Source: Thainema sp.
GTDB lineage: Bacteria > Cyanobacteriota > Cyanobacteriia > Phormidesmidales > Phormidesmidaceae
NCBI GenBank assembly: GCA_052168235.1
Contig: JBQLZK010000018.1
Coordinates: 1 to 64,000, forward strand
Length of the DNA stretch: 64,000 bases
Direction: 5' to 3'
Position numbers and translations under genes: made by a program. A model generated the notes under the pieces. It ran no database searches and was not told the DNA's origin. It saw nothing but the letters and a program-made list of their open reading frames with translations. Shown here in pieces: positions 1-9,479 of the stretch (the stretch's first letter is position 1; each line of letters begins with the position of its first letter).

Positions 1-14
1 TCCAGCGCTTTATC

Positions 15-44
15 AATATAACGACCCGGAAACAGATTTGTCAA
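15..44 (-). promoter_or_regulatory. Sigma70-type promoter firing leftward out of the window
   Basis: On the minus strand, TTGACA (44..39), an 18-bp spacer and TATATT (20..15), with an A-rich tract upstream of the -35. Confidence 0.55.
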
Positions 45-139
45 CATCTTTCTTTTTGGAAATCTCGAAAAGACTGGAAAAGCTTTGCAGCAAGAGGTTT
101 GGTTAGGGACGAGAAACGGAAGGAAGTGTTCGCAAAATT

Positions 140-1525
140 CTAGAGAATCGCTTGGAAAGGATTGCCTTGATGCAACTCTGAGTCTCCAATGCTTGGATCA
201 ACGGCCATTTCAATCAGCTCGTCTACACCATCTACGGAATAAATAGGTACTCCTAGCTTAGCTGCTACATCTTCTAAACGCATGTCGTCTAGAAAAACGG
301 CTTCGCCATGCTTGAGCATCAGTTTGGGTAGCAAAATTCCATCGCCTAAATCTCGCCCAGTCAAATGGTGTAACAGATCTTGTCCGGTGAGCAATCCCGT
401 TACGGTGATGTCCTGTCCCCAATAATTGCTGCTAAATGCTGCCATCTGAACAGTCAAACCCTTGACTTGATTTAAACGGGCAACTACAGGCTGAAACGCC
501 TGTTCTACTGCATTACCGATGACCCAAGTTAAGGTGTGAGATCGCATAATCCTATCTGGCAATAAATCATCAGCAGCTTGTTTAAACTCCTGTAAGAATT
601 GACGAATCGATCCAACACCGTTCCCAATTTGGGGATAGTCTTCGTAATGAGACGTTGGTGGTAATTCCTGTCCTGCAATCAAGAACCATTCATCGGCTAG
701 CCAAACACAGGTTGAGCCAAGCTCGTGTCGGCAGGTAGCCTGGATAGCCTGTACCTGTTCAATAACTTCGGCCGCTTTGTCAGGTGTGACAGGAACCAAC
801 TCATCCTGAGCAGGACGAAATCGCGTGAGCCCAACGGGTACAACTGCAATTGACGCAACTGTTGGGAGTTTTACTGCATGGAATTTAGTCAAATCCTGTA
901 GCGTTCGCTCTAAATGAATTCCGTCGTTGATGCCGGGGCATACAACAACCTGAGCGTGAATTTGGAGCCGATGTTTTTGAAACCAGCGCAGCTGATCAAG
1001 GATTTTTCCCGCACGTTCGTTCTTAAGCAACTGCTGGCGAATATCTGGTTCCGTCGCATGCACTGAAACATAGAGCGGCGACAAACGCATATCCGCAATC
1101 CGATCCCATTCCCGCTCGGTCAAATTAGTCAGGGTCAAATAGCTGCCGTAGAGAAAGCTCAGCCGATAGTCATCGTCTTTAAAATAGAGGGTTTCCCGTT
1201 TGCCAGGGGGCTGCTGATCAATAAAGCAAAAGGGACAGCGATTATTGCATTGAATTAAATCATCGAAGAGGGCGGTTTCAAACTCTAAGCCTAAATCGTC
1301 ATCGTAATCTTTCTCAATTTCAACCTGGTGCGTTTTGCCCTTTGCGTCCAAAACCTCCAACATGAGCAACTCGTCGGCACACAGAAACCGATAATCAATC
1401 AAATCCCGTGGCTTCTGCTGATTAATCGACACCAGCCGATCACCCGGTTCAAAGCCGATTTCTTCGGCAATAGAACCAGGTAATAAATTAGTGATCAAAG
1501 CAGGACGGATGGAGAGTTTGCTCAT
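140..1525 (-). CDS. TIGR03279-family putative radical SAM Fe-S protein (PDZ-like N-terminus, DUF512)
   Basis: CNNRCPFC (CxxxCxxC) motif, KDDDYRLSFLYGSYLTLTN signature, N-terminal PDZ-like GSIAEEIGFEPGDRLVSIN. Confidence 0.9.
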   Translation of the reverse strand: MSKLSIRPALITNLLPGSIAEEIGFEPGDRLVSINQQKPRDLIDYRFLCADELLMLEVLDAKGKTHQVEIEKDYDDDLGLEFETALFDDLIQCNNRCPFCFIDQQPPGKRETLYFKDDDYRLSFLYGSYLTLTNLTEREWDRIADMRLSPLYVSVHATEPDIRQQLLKNERAGKILDQLRWFQKHRLQIHAQVVVCPGINDGIHLERTLQDLTKFHAVKLPTVASIAVVPVGLTRFRPAQDELVPVTPDKAAEVIEQVQAIQATCRHELGSTCVWLADEWFLIAGQELPPTSHYEDYPQIGNGVGSIRQFLQEFKQAADDLLPDRIMRSHTLTWVIGNAVEQAFQPVVARLNQVKGLTVQMAAFSSNYWGQDITVTGLLTGQDLLHHLTGRDLGDGILLPKLMLKHGEAVFLDDMRLEDVAAKLGVPIYSVDGVDELIEMAVDPSIGDSELHQGNPFQAIL

Positions 1526-1812
1526 GAATATTTCTAGACAGCAACCATTTAGCGCAGTTTACAGTTTACTTAGACCTGTTCGTACCAAAGGTTCTATTTT
1601 AGAATCTAAAGCATTTTCTAGCTTCGGCTGAACCCCTTGAGCCAATCCAACCAAAACCCTCTTGGGCGTTGAAAGAACGTTAGTTTTAACATCTAACCGC
1701 TGGTCAACTTGAATATTAACCGTCCCAACAATACCTGAAAAGGGTTTGAAAAGTCGGTCTATACTTTGTTACTAGATTTTAGCGTTCCAAGAATTTGGGG
1801 GAGTGGAGGTTA

Positions 1813-3777
1813 ATGCGGCGTTCTGGAAGATCACGGCGATGGCAACGACAGCGACGAGTCAAACGAGAGCGAACGCTCCTTAAGGGGGTTCTGTTTGGCC
1901 TGGTCATTGTCTTATCCGGCTACAAGCTTTCGTCGCTGCCGGTTGTTTCACTCAATGCGCTGTGGATGCCCGCTGATGCGTTTCTTGCCTCGACTCCAAT
2001 TGAGCTGCCCCCTCCCTCTATTTTCAATGGCAGACCCCAGCTTTCCCCTTTACCAACACCGGAGGAAGTTTGGGAGTGTGAGGTCGTAGTCGTCGGCGGA
2101 TCTCTCGGGGGAGTCGCGGCTGCCAGTCATGCCATGCAGTCGGGGGCAACCACCTGCCTGATTGAGCTAACGCCTTGGCTAGGCGGACAAGTTAGCTCCC
2201 AAGGGGTATCGGCTCTGGATGAGTCAGGCGCTATGCGACAGCAGTTGAATTACTCAGAAAGCTGGCGCTTATTTCGGGAGCGTATTAAGCAGCAGTTTGC
2301 AGACTTGCCCGATTGGAGTCCTATTTCATCACCGCAACCCGTAGCCAATATCAACAGCTGCTGGGTTGGCACCCTCTGTTTTCCGCCTGAAGCGGGCGCG
2401 GTGGCCTCACGAGAACTATTAGAAGATGCCTCGCAGCAGGCACCAGAGAGCCGCTGGGCGGTCGAAACTGCGTTTAAGGGAGCTGAATTTGATCCTGCCG
2501 GACGCCAAATTACTGCGATCTATGCGGTGCGGCGCACACCCACCGATCCAGACTATGTTCCTAGTGGTCGGTTCTCAAAAGATTTATCGGACTGGTATAG
2601 CTGGTCGCCCACGGAAAAATATGACAAAACGCCCATGCGTCTCCAGCCCCCAGAAGGCAAGCGCATGATTGTCATTGATGCCACTGATACGGGCGAGCTA
2701 ATTGGCTGGGCCAATGTTCCCCATCGGCTGGGATCAGAGTCCCATTTCACAACTGGAGAAATCAATGCCGCTAATCGCGATAATCCTGAATGCACCCAGG
2801 CGTTTACCTATCCATTTGCGATCGCAATTCACGATGATGGCGGCAAGAGTTTAGAAAAACTGTCTCAGGTTGAACCAATCTATGCCCTGCATGAACATGA
2901 AGGACTCTTTGATATGGAAGGGTTTAGCATGTTTGCCGGACGCAGTTTCTTCCACTATCGCCGCATCGTCAGCACAACCAAAAACGATCCCAATAATGGT
3001 TCCCCGGCTCGTGGCGACATCGCGATGATCAACTGGAATCGAGGCAATGACTGGATTTGGATGGAACCATCGTTGATCCTCACTCAGGAGCAAATCCGTG
3101 AGTCTGGCCAGTCGCAAAACTGGATGGGTGGGATGTCAACCAATGCCCTTAACAAAGCCGAAGTACACGCTCTGTTGTTTGCTCGTTGGTTGCTCAAGGG
3201 TAAAGCGACACCAGAGTACCCGCTATCGTTTTTAGATGGAGCCAATGCACCAATGGGCACGGCCTCTGGTTTGAGCATGTACCCCTACATTCGCGAAGGT
3301 CGCCGCATCTTGGGACGTACCGCCTATGGTGAGATCGAATTTATGATGAGGGAACAGGATTTACGAACCGACATGTCAGGAGGCCGCAGTTTTCATCCCA
3401 CAGCCGTTGGCTTTGCTCATTACGATATTGATATCCACGGCTGTCGCTATCGCAACTGGGAATCATCAGGCGAGGCCACCAGCGCAGGCACGGGTTCTGG
3501 CTTGGTGCGTCCAGCCAAGGTACCCCTCGAAGCGCTGCTGCCCCAAGGCATTGATAACCTGCTGATCGGTGGCAAAAGTATGGCTGTCACCCATATTGCG
3601 AATGCCATGACTCGAATTCACTACAATGAATGGCAAGTCGGTGGAGCCGCAGGTGCGATCGCAGGTTGGCTGATTGCCCATCCCGATGTTCAACAACCTG
3701 CCGACATCATCCCCCAGGGCGAAATGCCCACCGTGCAAAATCATCTAATTCAGCAGGGACTAAGGCTTGACTGGTAA
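1813..3777 (+). CDS. FAD-dependent oxidoreductase with N-terminal membrane anchor
   Basis: VVVVGGSLGGVAAA Rossmann motif, IDATDTGEL and YIREGRRI motifs. ATG at 1813 follows GGAGGT; the ORF track starts at 1795. Confidence 0.8.
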   Translation: MRRSGRSRRWQRQRRVKRERTLLKGVLFGLVIVLSGYKLSSLPVVSLNALWMPADAFLASTPIELPPPSIFNGRPQLSPLPTPEEVWECEVVVVGGSLGGVAAASHAMQSGATTCLIELTPWLGGQVSSQGVSALDESGAMRQQLNYSESWRLFRERIKQQFADLPDWSPISSPQPVANINSCWVGTLCFPPEAGAVASRELLEDASQQAPESRWAVETAFKGAEFDPAGRQITAIYAVRRTPTDPDYVPSGRFSKDLSDWYSWSPTEKYDKTPMRLQPPEGKRMIVIDATDTGELIGWANVPHRLGSESHFTTGEINAANRDNPECTQAFTYPFAIAIHDDGGKSLEKLSQVEPIYALHEHEGLFDMEGFSMFAGRSFFHYRRIVSTTKNDPNNGSPARGDIAMINWNRGNDWIWMEPSLILTQEQIRESGQSQNWMGGMSTNALNKAEVHALLFARWLLKGKATPEYPLSFLDGANAPMGTASGLSMYPYIREGRRILGRTAYGEIEFMMREQDLRTDMSGGRSFHPTAVGFAHYDIDIHGCRYRNWESSGEATSAGTGSGLVRPAKVPLEALLPQGIDNLLIGGKSMAVTHIANAMTRIHYNEWQVGGAAGAIAGWLIAHPDVQQPADIIPQGEMPTVQNHLIQQGLRLDW

Positions 3778-3857
3778 TTTAGGTGCAAGGACTGAGTGCT
3801 AAGTGAGATTGAATTTACGCCTCACTCCTCACTCTGCACTCTTCACGCCTTTCTCAC

Positions 3858-4652
3858 TTACCGCAATGCTGCCTTCAACTCAGCACACAGTGACTGCACA
3901 GCGGCTAAACCCTCTTCTGGATTCTGACCTGCGAGGCGCTTGACAAAGGCGCTGCCGACGATAACGGCATCGGCACCCCAGCTGCGTAGCTGGGTGGCTT
4001 GTTCGGCTTGGGAGACACCAAAACCGACGCCGATACACTTATCGGATGCCTGGTGTAAATCTTGCAGCAAGCTCTGGACACGATCGTTGACCTGGGTTCG
4101 CATTCCGGTCACGCCTGTGACGCTGACCAGATAAACAAATCCCTGTGATCGCGCAGTAATGGCCTTAATCCGCTCAATCGGGCTGGTGGGAGCGACGAGT
4201 AACGTTAATTCAATTCCGGCTGCGATCGCAGGTTCCATCAGCGTATCGACTTCTTCCAGTGGCAGGTCAGGCACGACGAGTCCTTTTACTCCCGCAGCGG
4301 CAATATTGTCTAGAAAGGTTTTGATTCCCCGATTGAGAATGGGATTGTAGTAAGTGAATAAAACGATGGGTGCCTGGATTGTCGGTGATACCTGCTGTAC
4401 TAGCTTTAGCACGTCATCCAGCTTGACGCCTCGGCTCAGGGCACGCGTCGCTGCGGCCTGAATTACAGGGCCATCAGCTAGTGGATCGGAGTAAGGTACT
4501 CCTAGCTCAATGACATCTGCCCCGTTTTGGTCGAGGATTTGCAGGGCTTTGGCGGTTGTGTCCAAATCGGGATCGCCTGCGGTGATGAAAGGGACTAATG
4601 CACATTCACCGCGATCGCGCAGGGACTGCATACGCTCAGAAACAGATGTCAT
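3858..4652 (-). CDS. trpA: Tryptophan synthase alpha subunit
   Basis: [36 protein letters not shown] and GFGVS motifs. Confidence 0.97.
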   Translation of the reverse strand: MTSVSERMQSLRDRGECALVPFITAGDPDLDTTAKALQILDQNGADVIELGVPYSDPLADGPVIQAAATRALSRGVKLDDVLKLVQQVSPTIQAPIVLFTYYNPILNRGIKTFLDNIAAAGVKGLVVPDLPLEEVDTLMEPAIAAGIELTLLVAPTSPIERIKAITARSQGFVYLVSVTGVTGMRTQVNDRVQSLLQDLHQASDKCIGVGFGVSQAEQATQLRSWGADAVIVGSAFVKRLAGQNPEEGLAAVQSLCAELKAALR

Positions 4653-4798
4653 GGGAATACCGAATAGGCTAGCAAGTTACACATTCTACGGTGCTTTGGG
4701 GCCAAATCCCAAACCAAATTGCAAAGAAAATGCTGGAACAGCTTAGCTGTTCCAGCATTTTCTTAACGGCTTTCATGAGAATTCTGAGATGGGGTAAA

Positions 4799-5152
4799 TC
4801 AAATACCGCTATCTGTTTTTTGTTTTTGCTCTTTTTTCTGCTCGTCTTCTTGTTGCCGTTCCTGTTCAATTTCGGCCTGAAGCTTGGCTAGCTCTGCGGG
4901 CGACATGGCATCCAGCCGCTTTTGCAGAACAGCGTCTTCATAGTCTTTCATCTGCTGGTTGTAGGTCATATTGCGCGTTAGCACCCGTAGCAAATACGTC
5001 AGGAGCCAAACAACGATACCAACAACGAGTCCTGCTTCTGCCCAAATGCCAGCGGTCGTATTGTCCAAACCGATAGCACGCAGCAACACATAGAGCAGCC
5101 CACCCGCACCAAATACAGCTAGGCCAACACCAATTACGTCAATTCGCCGCAT
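4799..5152 (-). CDS. DUF3007-family membrane protein
   Basis: MRRIDVI start, two TM segments, MTYNQQMKDYEDAVLQKRL; usual ndhL-DUF3007-trpA order. Confidence 0.85.
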   Translation of the reverse strand: MRRIDVIGVGLAVFGAGGLLYVLLRAIGLDNTTAGIWAEAGLVVGIVVWLLTYLLRVLTRNMTYNQQMKDYEDAVLQKRLDAMSPAELAKLQAEIEQERQQEDEQKKEQKQKTDSGI

Positions 5153-5155
5153 GAC

Positions 5156-5392
5156 TTATCCTTCAATAGGACGCCGTTTGGGGCGGAAGTTGAGAAACGG
5201 GCTCAGCAACAGCAAACCGGGGAACAGAAGAAATAGTAAACCGTACATCAGCAGGCGCTCAACTGAACTAGCGACATACCAGCGCTCTTTGAGATAGATA
5301 TAGAGCAGTCCAGGCAATACCAACAGGTAAGCTCCGCCTAGCGCTAAGTACAGCCCAGCAGCCAAAATTGGGGTCGTCAACAATTCTTCCAT
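5156..5392 (-). CDS. ndhL: NAD(P)H-quinone oxidoreductase subunit L
   Basis: YLLVLP...[42 protein letters not shown]; likely ATG at 5392. Confidence 0.93.
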   Translation of the reverse strand: MEELLTTPILAAGLYLALGGAYLLVLPGLLYIYLKERWYVASSVERLLMYGLLFLLFPGLLLLSPFLNFRPKRRPIEG

Positions 5393-5600
5393 AGGTTTCA
5401 GCGATACCTTCTCAATCATTTGCGATCGCGCTTCGTTTATCTTAATACACAACTTAAATCCTGACGGATCAACCTGGCGCGGAGTCGGGATCAAGTTGAG
5501 TTAGGTTACATCCTGTCAAATAAAGTTGCCAAAACTTACGTCCTAATGGTGGAATAAACAAGCGGAATACAGGTTATACTGTTTTTCCGATATTACTTTT

Positions 5601-5982
5601 GGGGATGTGGCGGAATTGGTAGACGCTGCGGACTTAAGTAATTGAGCCTTTAGGGAGAAATTCTTAAAGTGACCGCTCTCAAATTCAGGGAAACCTAAGT
5701 CTAGTTTTGAAAACTGCCTTTGCAGGCTTCATCACAGAGACGGCAATCCTGAGCCAAGCCCATATTTATGAGTCAGACCAAGTTCAGACTGCGTACTTTG
5801 GGAAGGTGCAGAGACTCGACGGGAGCTACCCTAACGTCAAGCCGAGGGTAAAGAGAGAGTCCAATTCTCAAAGCCAATTTAAACCAACTTGACGGTTCAA
5901 ATTGGCAGGAGCGAAAGCTGCAGGAGAATGAAAATCCGTTGACCCTTATAAGGTCGTGAGGGTTCAAGTCCCTCCATCCCCA
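5601..5982 (+). tRNA. trnL: tRNA-Leu(UAA) split by a group I intron (exon 1 5601-5635, exon 2 5931-5982)
   Basis: GGGGATG/CATCCCC acceptor stem, D-arm GGCGGAATTGGTAGACGC, anticodon split as CTT|AAAA, long variable arm, GGTTCAAGTCC T-loop. TATACT -10 at 5575-5580. Confidence 0.96.
5636..5930 (+). ncRNA. Group I self-splicing intron in tRNA-Leu(UAA), 295 nt
   Basis: Conserved core blocks AAATTCAGGGAAACCTAA (5681), AATCCTGAGCCAA (5745), GTGCAGAGACTCGACGGG (5806) and AAGAGAGAGTCCAA (5851); terminal G at 5930. Confidence 0.95.
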
Positions 5983-5998
5983 TTAATTGTTTAAAGAG

Positions 5999-6047
5999 AT
6001 TTAAGAGGACGTTTTCATTGCTAGACAATGAAAACGTCCTCTTAAAT
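5999..6047. terminator. 22-bp perfect inverted repeat downstream of tRNA-Leu (probable terminator)
   Basis: ATTTAAGAGGACGTTTTCATTG-ctaga-CAATGAAAACGTCCTCTTAAAT. Confidence 0.6.
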
Positions 6048-6275
6048 TTAGGGCGCAATCGTTAAGCAGACTGATCTGATTTCAGGCAATCCGGTTAGAA
6101 TCGTCTCTAACAATTTACGATTGTTGGTTTGTGGTGTGAGATATACAACTTAGGCATTCTGATTTGCGATTAGATATGCGATTACGATCGCGCGTGACTC
6201 AAGCCCAAAGTTGATGAGGGCTGTCTTAGGCATTTATACTCGATCCTTGTGTGTGGCAAGAGGGAGTGAGCAACT

Positions 6276-8183
6276 ATGTGTGGAATCGTCGGTTATATCG
6301 GCACCCAGTCCGCGACGCCAATCTTGATGGAGGGACTGCGACAGCTCGAATATCGTGGTTACGATTCCGCCGGGATCGCCACCATTTGGGAAGATAAGCT
6401 GCACTGCGTTCGCGCCAAAGGTAAGCTCTACAACCTGCGAGCCAAGCTAGAAGGTCAAGAAACTCCGGCCCAAATTGGCATTGGTCATACTCGCTGGGCC
6501 ACCCACGGGAAGCCAGAAGAGCACAATGCCCATCCCCACCGCGATATGTCGCGCCGAGTAGCGGTGGTGCAAAACGGAATTGTTGAGAACTATCGGGAAC
6601 TGCGGCAGCACTTGCAGCAGAAGGGCTACGAGTTTACGACTGAGACCGATACCGAAGTGATCCCAAACTTGATTGCGGATCATCTCAACCAGATGCGCGA
6701 TCGCAATGAGCTATCTCAACACCTATCACCGCTGACTGAAGCTGTACGCCGGACAGTGAATGAGCTAGACGGTGGTTTCGCAATCGTCGTGCTCTGTACG
6801 GATTATCCCGACGAACTGGTGATGGCCCGACAGCAGGCTCCGCTAGTAATTGGCTTTGGTCAAGGCGAGTTTTTCTGCGCCTCAGATGTACCTGCGATCG
6901 CACCGTATACTCGCGCGGTCGTGACGCTAGATAACCAGGAAATGGCGACGCTGACCCCGCTTGGGGTAACGATGCAGACGTTTGCTGGACAACGGGTTTC
7001 CAAATATCCCCGTCTACTCAGTGGTGCAACTCTCTCCGCTGAGAAGCAGGGCTTCCGCCACTACATGCTGAAGGAAATTCACGAACAGCCAGGAGTGGTT
7101 CGCACCTGTTTAGAGAACTATTTGACGGCTGATTGGCAAGATAGTGGTGCGGCGGGATCGCCCGTCAATTTGGGGTTATCAGAGGATTTATATACCGATG
7201 TTCAGCAGGTTCAAATTTTGGCCTGTGGCACCAGTTGGCACGCCAGCTTGGTCGGTAAGTACCTGATTGAGCAGCTGGCGGCCATTCCGACGATGGTGCA
7301 GTATGCCTCTGAGTTCCGCTATTCCCCTGCGCCGCTGACGCCGAACACGATTACGATTGGCGTCACCCAGTCCGGCGAAACGGCTGACACCATAGCGGCA
7401 CTGGAAATGGAAAAAGAGCGCCGCACCCGTCATGCTGGAGCCGGATTTGAGCCGCGTCTGATCGGCATTACCAATCGTCCGGAAAGCACAATTGCTCATT
7501 TGGTGCCGAATTTGATCGTTACGCCAGCGGGGATCGAGGTGGGCGTAGCCGCAACCAAAACTTTCTTGGCGCAGGTGATGGCTTTTTACTTCGTGGCGCT
7601 GGAACTAGCTCACCGTCGTCAGACCCTTTCCTCACAGCGGCTGAATGAAATCATTGCCGGACTGCGACAGTTGCCAAATCAGATTGAGCAGATCTTGCAG
7701 GATCAAGATCAAGCCATTGAAGAAATTGCTCATCAGTTCGTCGAAACCCAAGACTTTATCTTCATTGGTCGCGGCGTCAACTTCCCGATTGCCCTGGAAG
7801 GAGCACTCAAGCTGAAGGAAATCAGCTATATCCACGCCGAGGGCTACCCAGCAGGCGAGATGAAGCACGGCCCGATTGCGCTGCTGGATTCCAAAGTCCC
7901 TGTGGTTGCGATCGCAATGCCGGGGTTTGTCTACGAGAAAGTGATCTCAAACGCCCAAGAAGCGAAAGCGCGGGATGCTCAAATCATTGGCGTAGCTCCC
8001 ATTGGCGATGAGGCCGCTGCAGAGGTATTTGACGTACTGCTGCCTGTACCTCATGTTGAAGAGATTTTATCGCCAGTTTTAGCCACAATCCCGCTCCAGC
8101 TTTTGGCTTATCACATCGCTGCCATTCGAGGTCTAGATGTCGATCAGCCCCGCAACCTTGCTAAAAGCGTCACGGTTGAATAA
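6276..8183 (+). CDS. glmS: Glutamine--fructose-6-phosphate aminotransferase
   Basis: MCGIVG, EYRGYDSAG, GHTRWATHG and C-terminal DQPRNLAKSVTVE. Confidence 0.98.
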   Translation: MCGIVGYIGTQSATPILMEGLRQLEYRGYDSAGIATIWEDKLHCVRAKGKLYNLRAKLEGQETPAQIGIGHTRWATHGKPEEHNAHPHRDMSRRVAVVQNGIVENYRELRQHLQQKGYEFTTETDTEVIPNLIADHLNQMRDRNELSQHLSPLTEAVRRTVNELDGGFAIVVLCTDYPDELVMARQQAPLVIGFGQGEFFCASDVPAIAPYTRAVVTLDNQEMATLTPLGVTMQTFAGQRVSKYPRLLSGATLSAEKQGFRHYMLKEIHEQPGVVRTCLENYLTADWQDSGAAGSPVNLGLSEDLYTDVQQVQILACGTSWHASLVGKYLIEQLAAIPTMVQYASEFRYSPAPLTPNTITIGVTQSGETADTIAALEMEKERRTRHAGAGFEPRLIGITNRPESTIAHLVPNLIVTPAGIEVGVAATKTFLAQVMAFYFVALELAHRRQTLSSQRLNEIIAGLRQLPNQIEQILQDQDQAIEEIAHQFVETQDFIFIGRGVNFPIALEGALKLKEISYIHAEGYPAGEMKHGPIALLDSKVPVVAIAMPGFVYEKVISNAQEAKARDAQIIGVAPIGDEAAAEVFDVLLPVPHVEEILSPVLATIPLQLLAYHIAAIRGLDVDQPRNLAKSVTVE

Positions 8184-8976
8184 TTACAGCAGTCTTGGCC
8201 AATTAACTTCTGCCAATTGACTTCTAAGTTTCTCATCTAAATTTACAAAGAAAGCCATAGCTGCAAAGCTGGCTGTATGACTCTCTTTAGATGGATGTAG
8301 AAGTCACTATTTAACGGTGGTTGTCACCATCAACTGTCCGATCGGCGCTGAATGAACTCATAAAAGTTACATAGATTAACGCGATCGCATAAAAAACTCA
8401 GCAAAGTCGTATCAAAATAGCTGAAGCAAATTCCAGCCAATAATCAGCCAGCCTAAACTATTTTGAACAGGTTTAATCAGCATCTATCCCTTGTCCAAAA
8501 AGGCAATCGGCATTTTCTTAAATCCGAAATCTAAACGTGTGCTGTGAAGCGGCAAAAACCATTCAGCGAATGTGTAAAGGAACTGTCACTGATGATACCC
8601 CCAATATCATTAGTCATTGGTTAGGCTGATGATAGATTGATTTACCTAAATTCATTCTGCCAATGCAGTTATGCATCAGCAGAATGCTCAATTCAGCATC
8701 TATCGTTGTAGGAAATCTAAAGCTGATTAACTCAACTTGGCTGCGGCCACAATCCCCATCAGCTCTCACATACCGCTTGAAAACCTACAGTCGGCATATT
8801 ATGACCAACCATGAAGCAGCATGTACTAACTTACTAATTCATCAACTTCCGTCAATTTAGCTTTTATAGCTTTGGCTTATATATACCTTTTAGGAAAGCT
8901 ATCATATAATCCACCTAGGGAATTATTAAAAAAAAGTAAAAAGTTTTACAATTGTGTGGTTACAGGAGGAACAAGC

Positions 8977-9321
8977 GTGTTTATTAGATTGGCAGAACAG
9001 CACAGGCAGTTTGTACAAGATCTAGTGATGAACTTGCAGGCACTTGCACTAGTGCTAGAAAACAAAGGATATCTAGCCTCGTGCTATACCTGCGGTGGGC
9101 AGATGAACAGCGCATCGTTTATGGTTAGTCTTGGCGATGATCACCTGATTCGCTTCTTGGTCTCTGACTATGGCATCACCTGGACAGAGATGCGGGACGA
9201 TCGCGAACTGATGAAGCTGGAAGGAGCTGAAGCGATTAGCCAACTACAAGAACTTGCCAATCTGGTGAAATATCAGGTTAAGCCGTCTGATTATTCCAGT
9301 GTTGTTTTGCAGAAAGCATAA
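8977..9321 (+). CDS. DUF1815-family protein
   Basis: FIRLAEQHRQFVQDLVMNLQALA...ASCYTC...HLIRFLVSDYGITWTE; GTG at 8977 after AGGAGG. Confidence 0.85.
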   Translation: MFIRLAEQHRQFVQDLVMNLQALALVLENKGYLASCYTCGGQMNSASFMVSLGDDHLIRFLVSDYGITWTEMRDDRELMKLEGAEAISQLQELANLVKYQVKPSDYSSVVLQKA

Positions 9322-9479
9322 GGGTACAGGAGTATAACGGATGTGCAGTATTACTGTTAACCATTCAGAGCAGTAGTCCAAATATTAGTTAACAGTTCGA
9401 CTCAACATAGGGACACTCGCCATATTCTCAGCCATTATGGAAGGCAGATTGTCATGGTTCTATCTGTTCTTTCGCTGCG

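Noticed and set aside
5707..5967. Short ORFs (5707-5892 + and 5773-5967 -) inside the tRNA intron as a possible homing endonuclease
   Set aside because: Only about 60 aa, no HNH, GIY-YIG or LAGLIDADG motif, and they overlap the conserved ribozyme core.
8184..8976. Long intergenic region and 65-aa ORF (8663-8860) as a possible sRNA or small gene
   Set aside because: Only weak hairpins, and no recognisable RNA motif, RBS or protein family.
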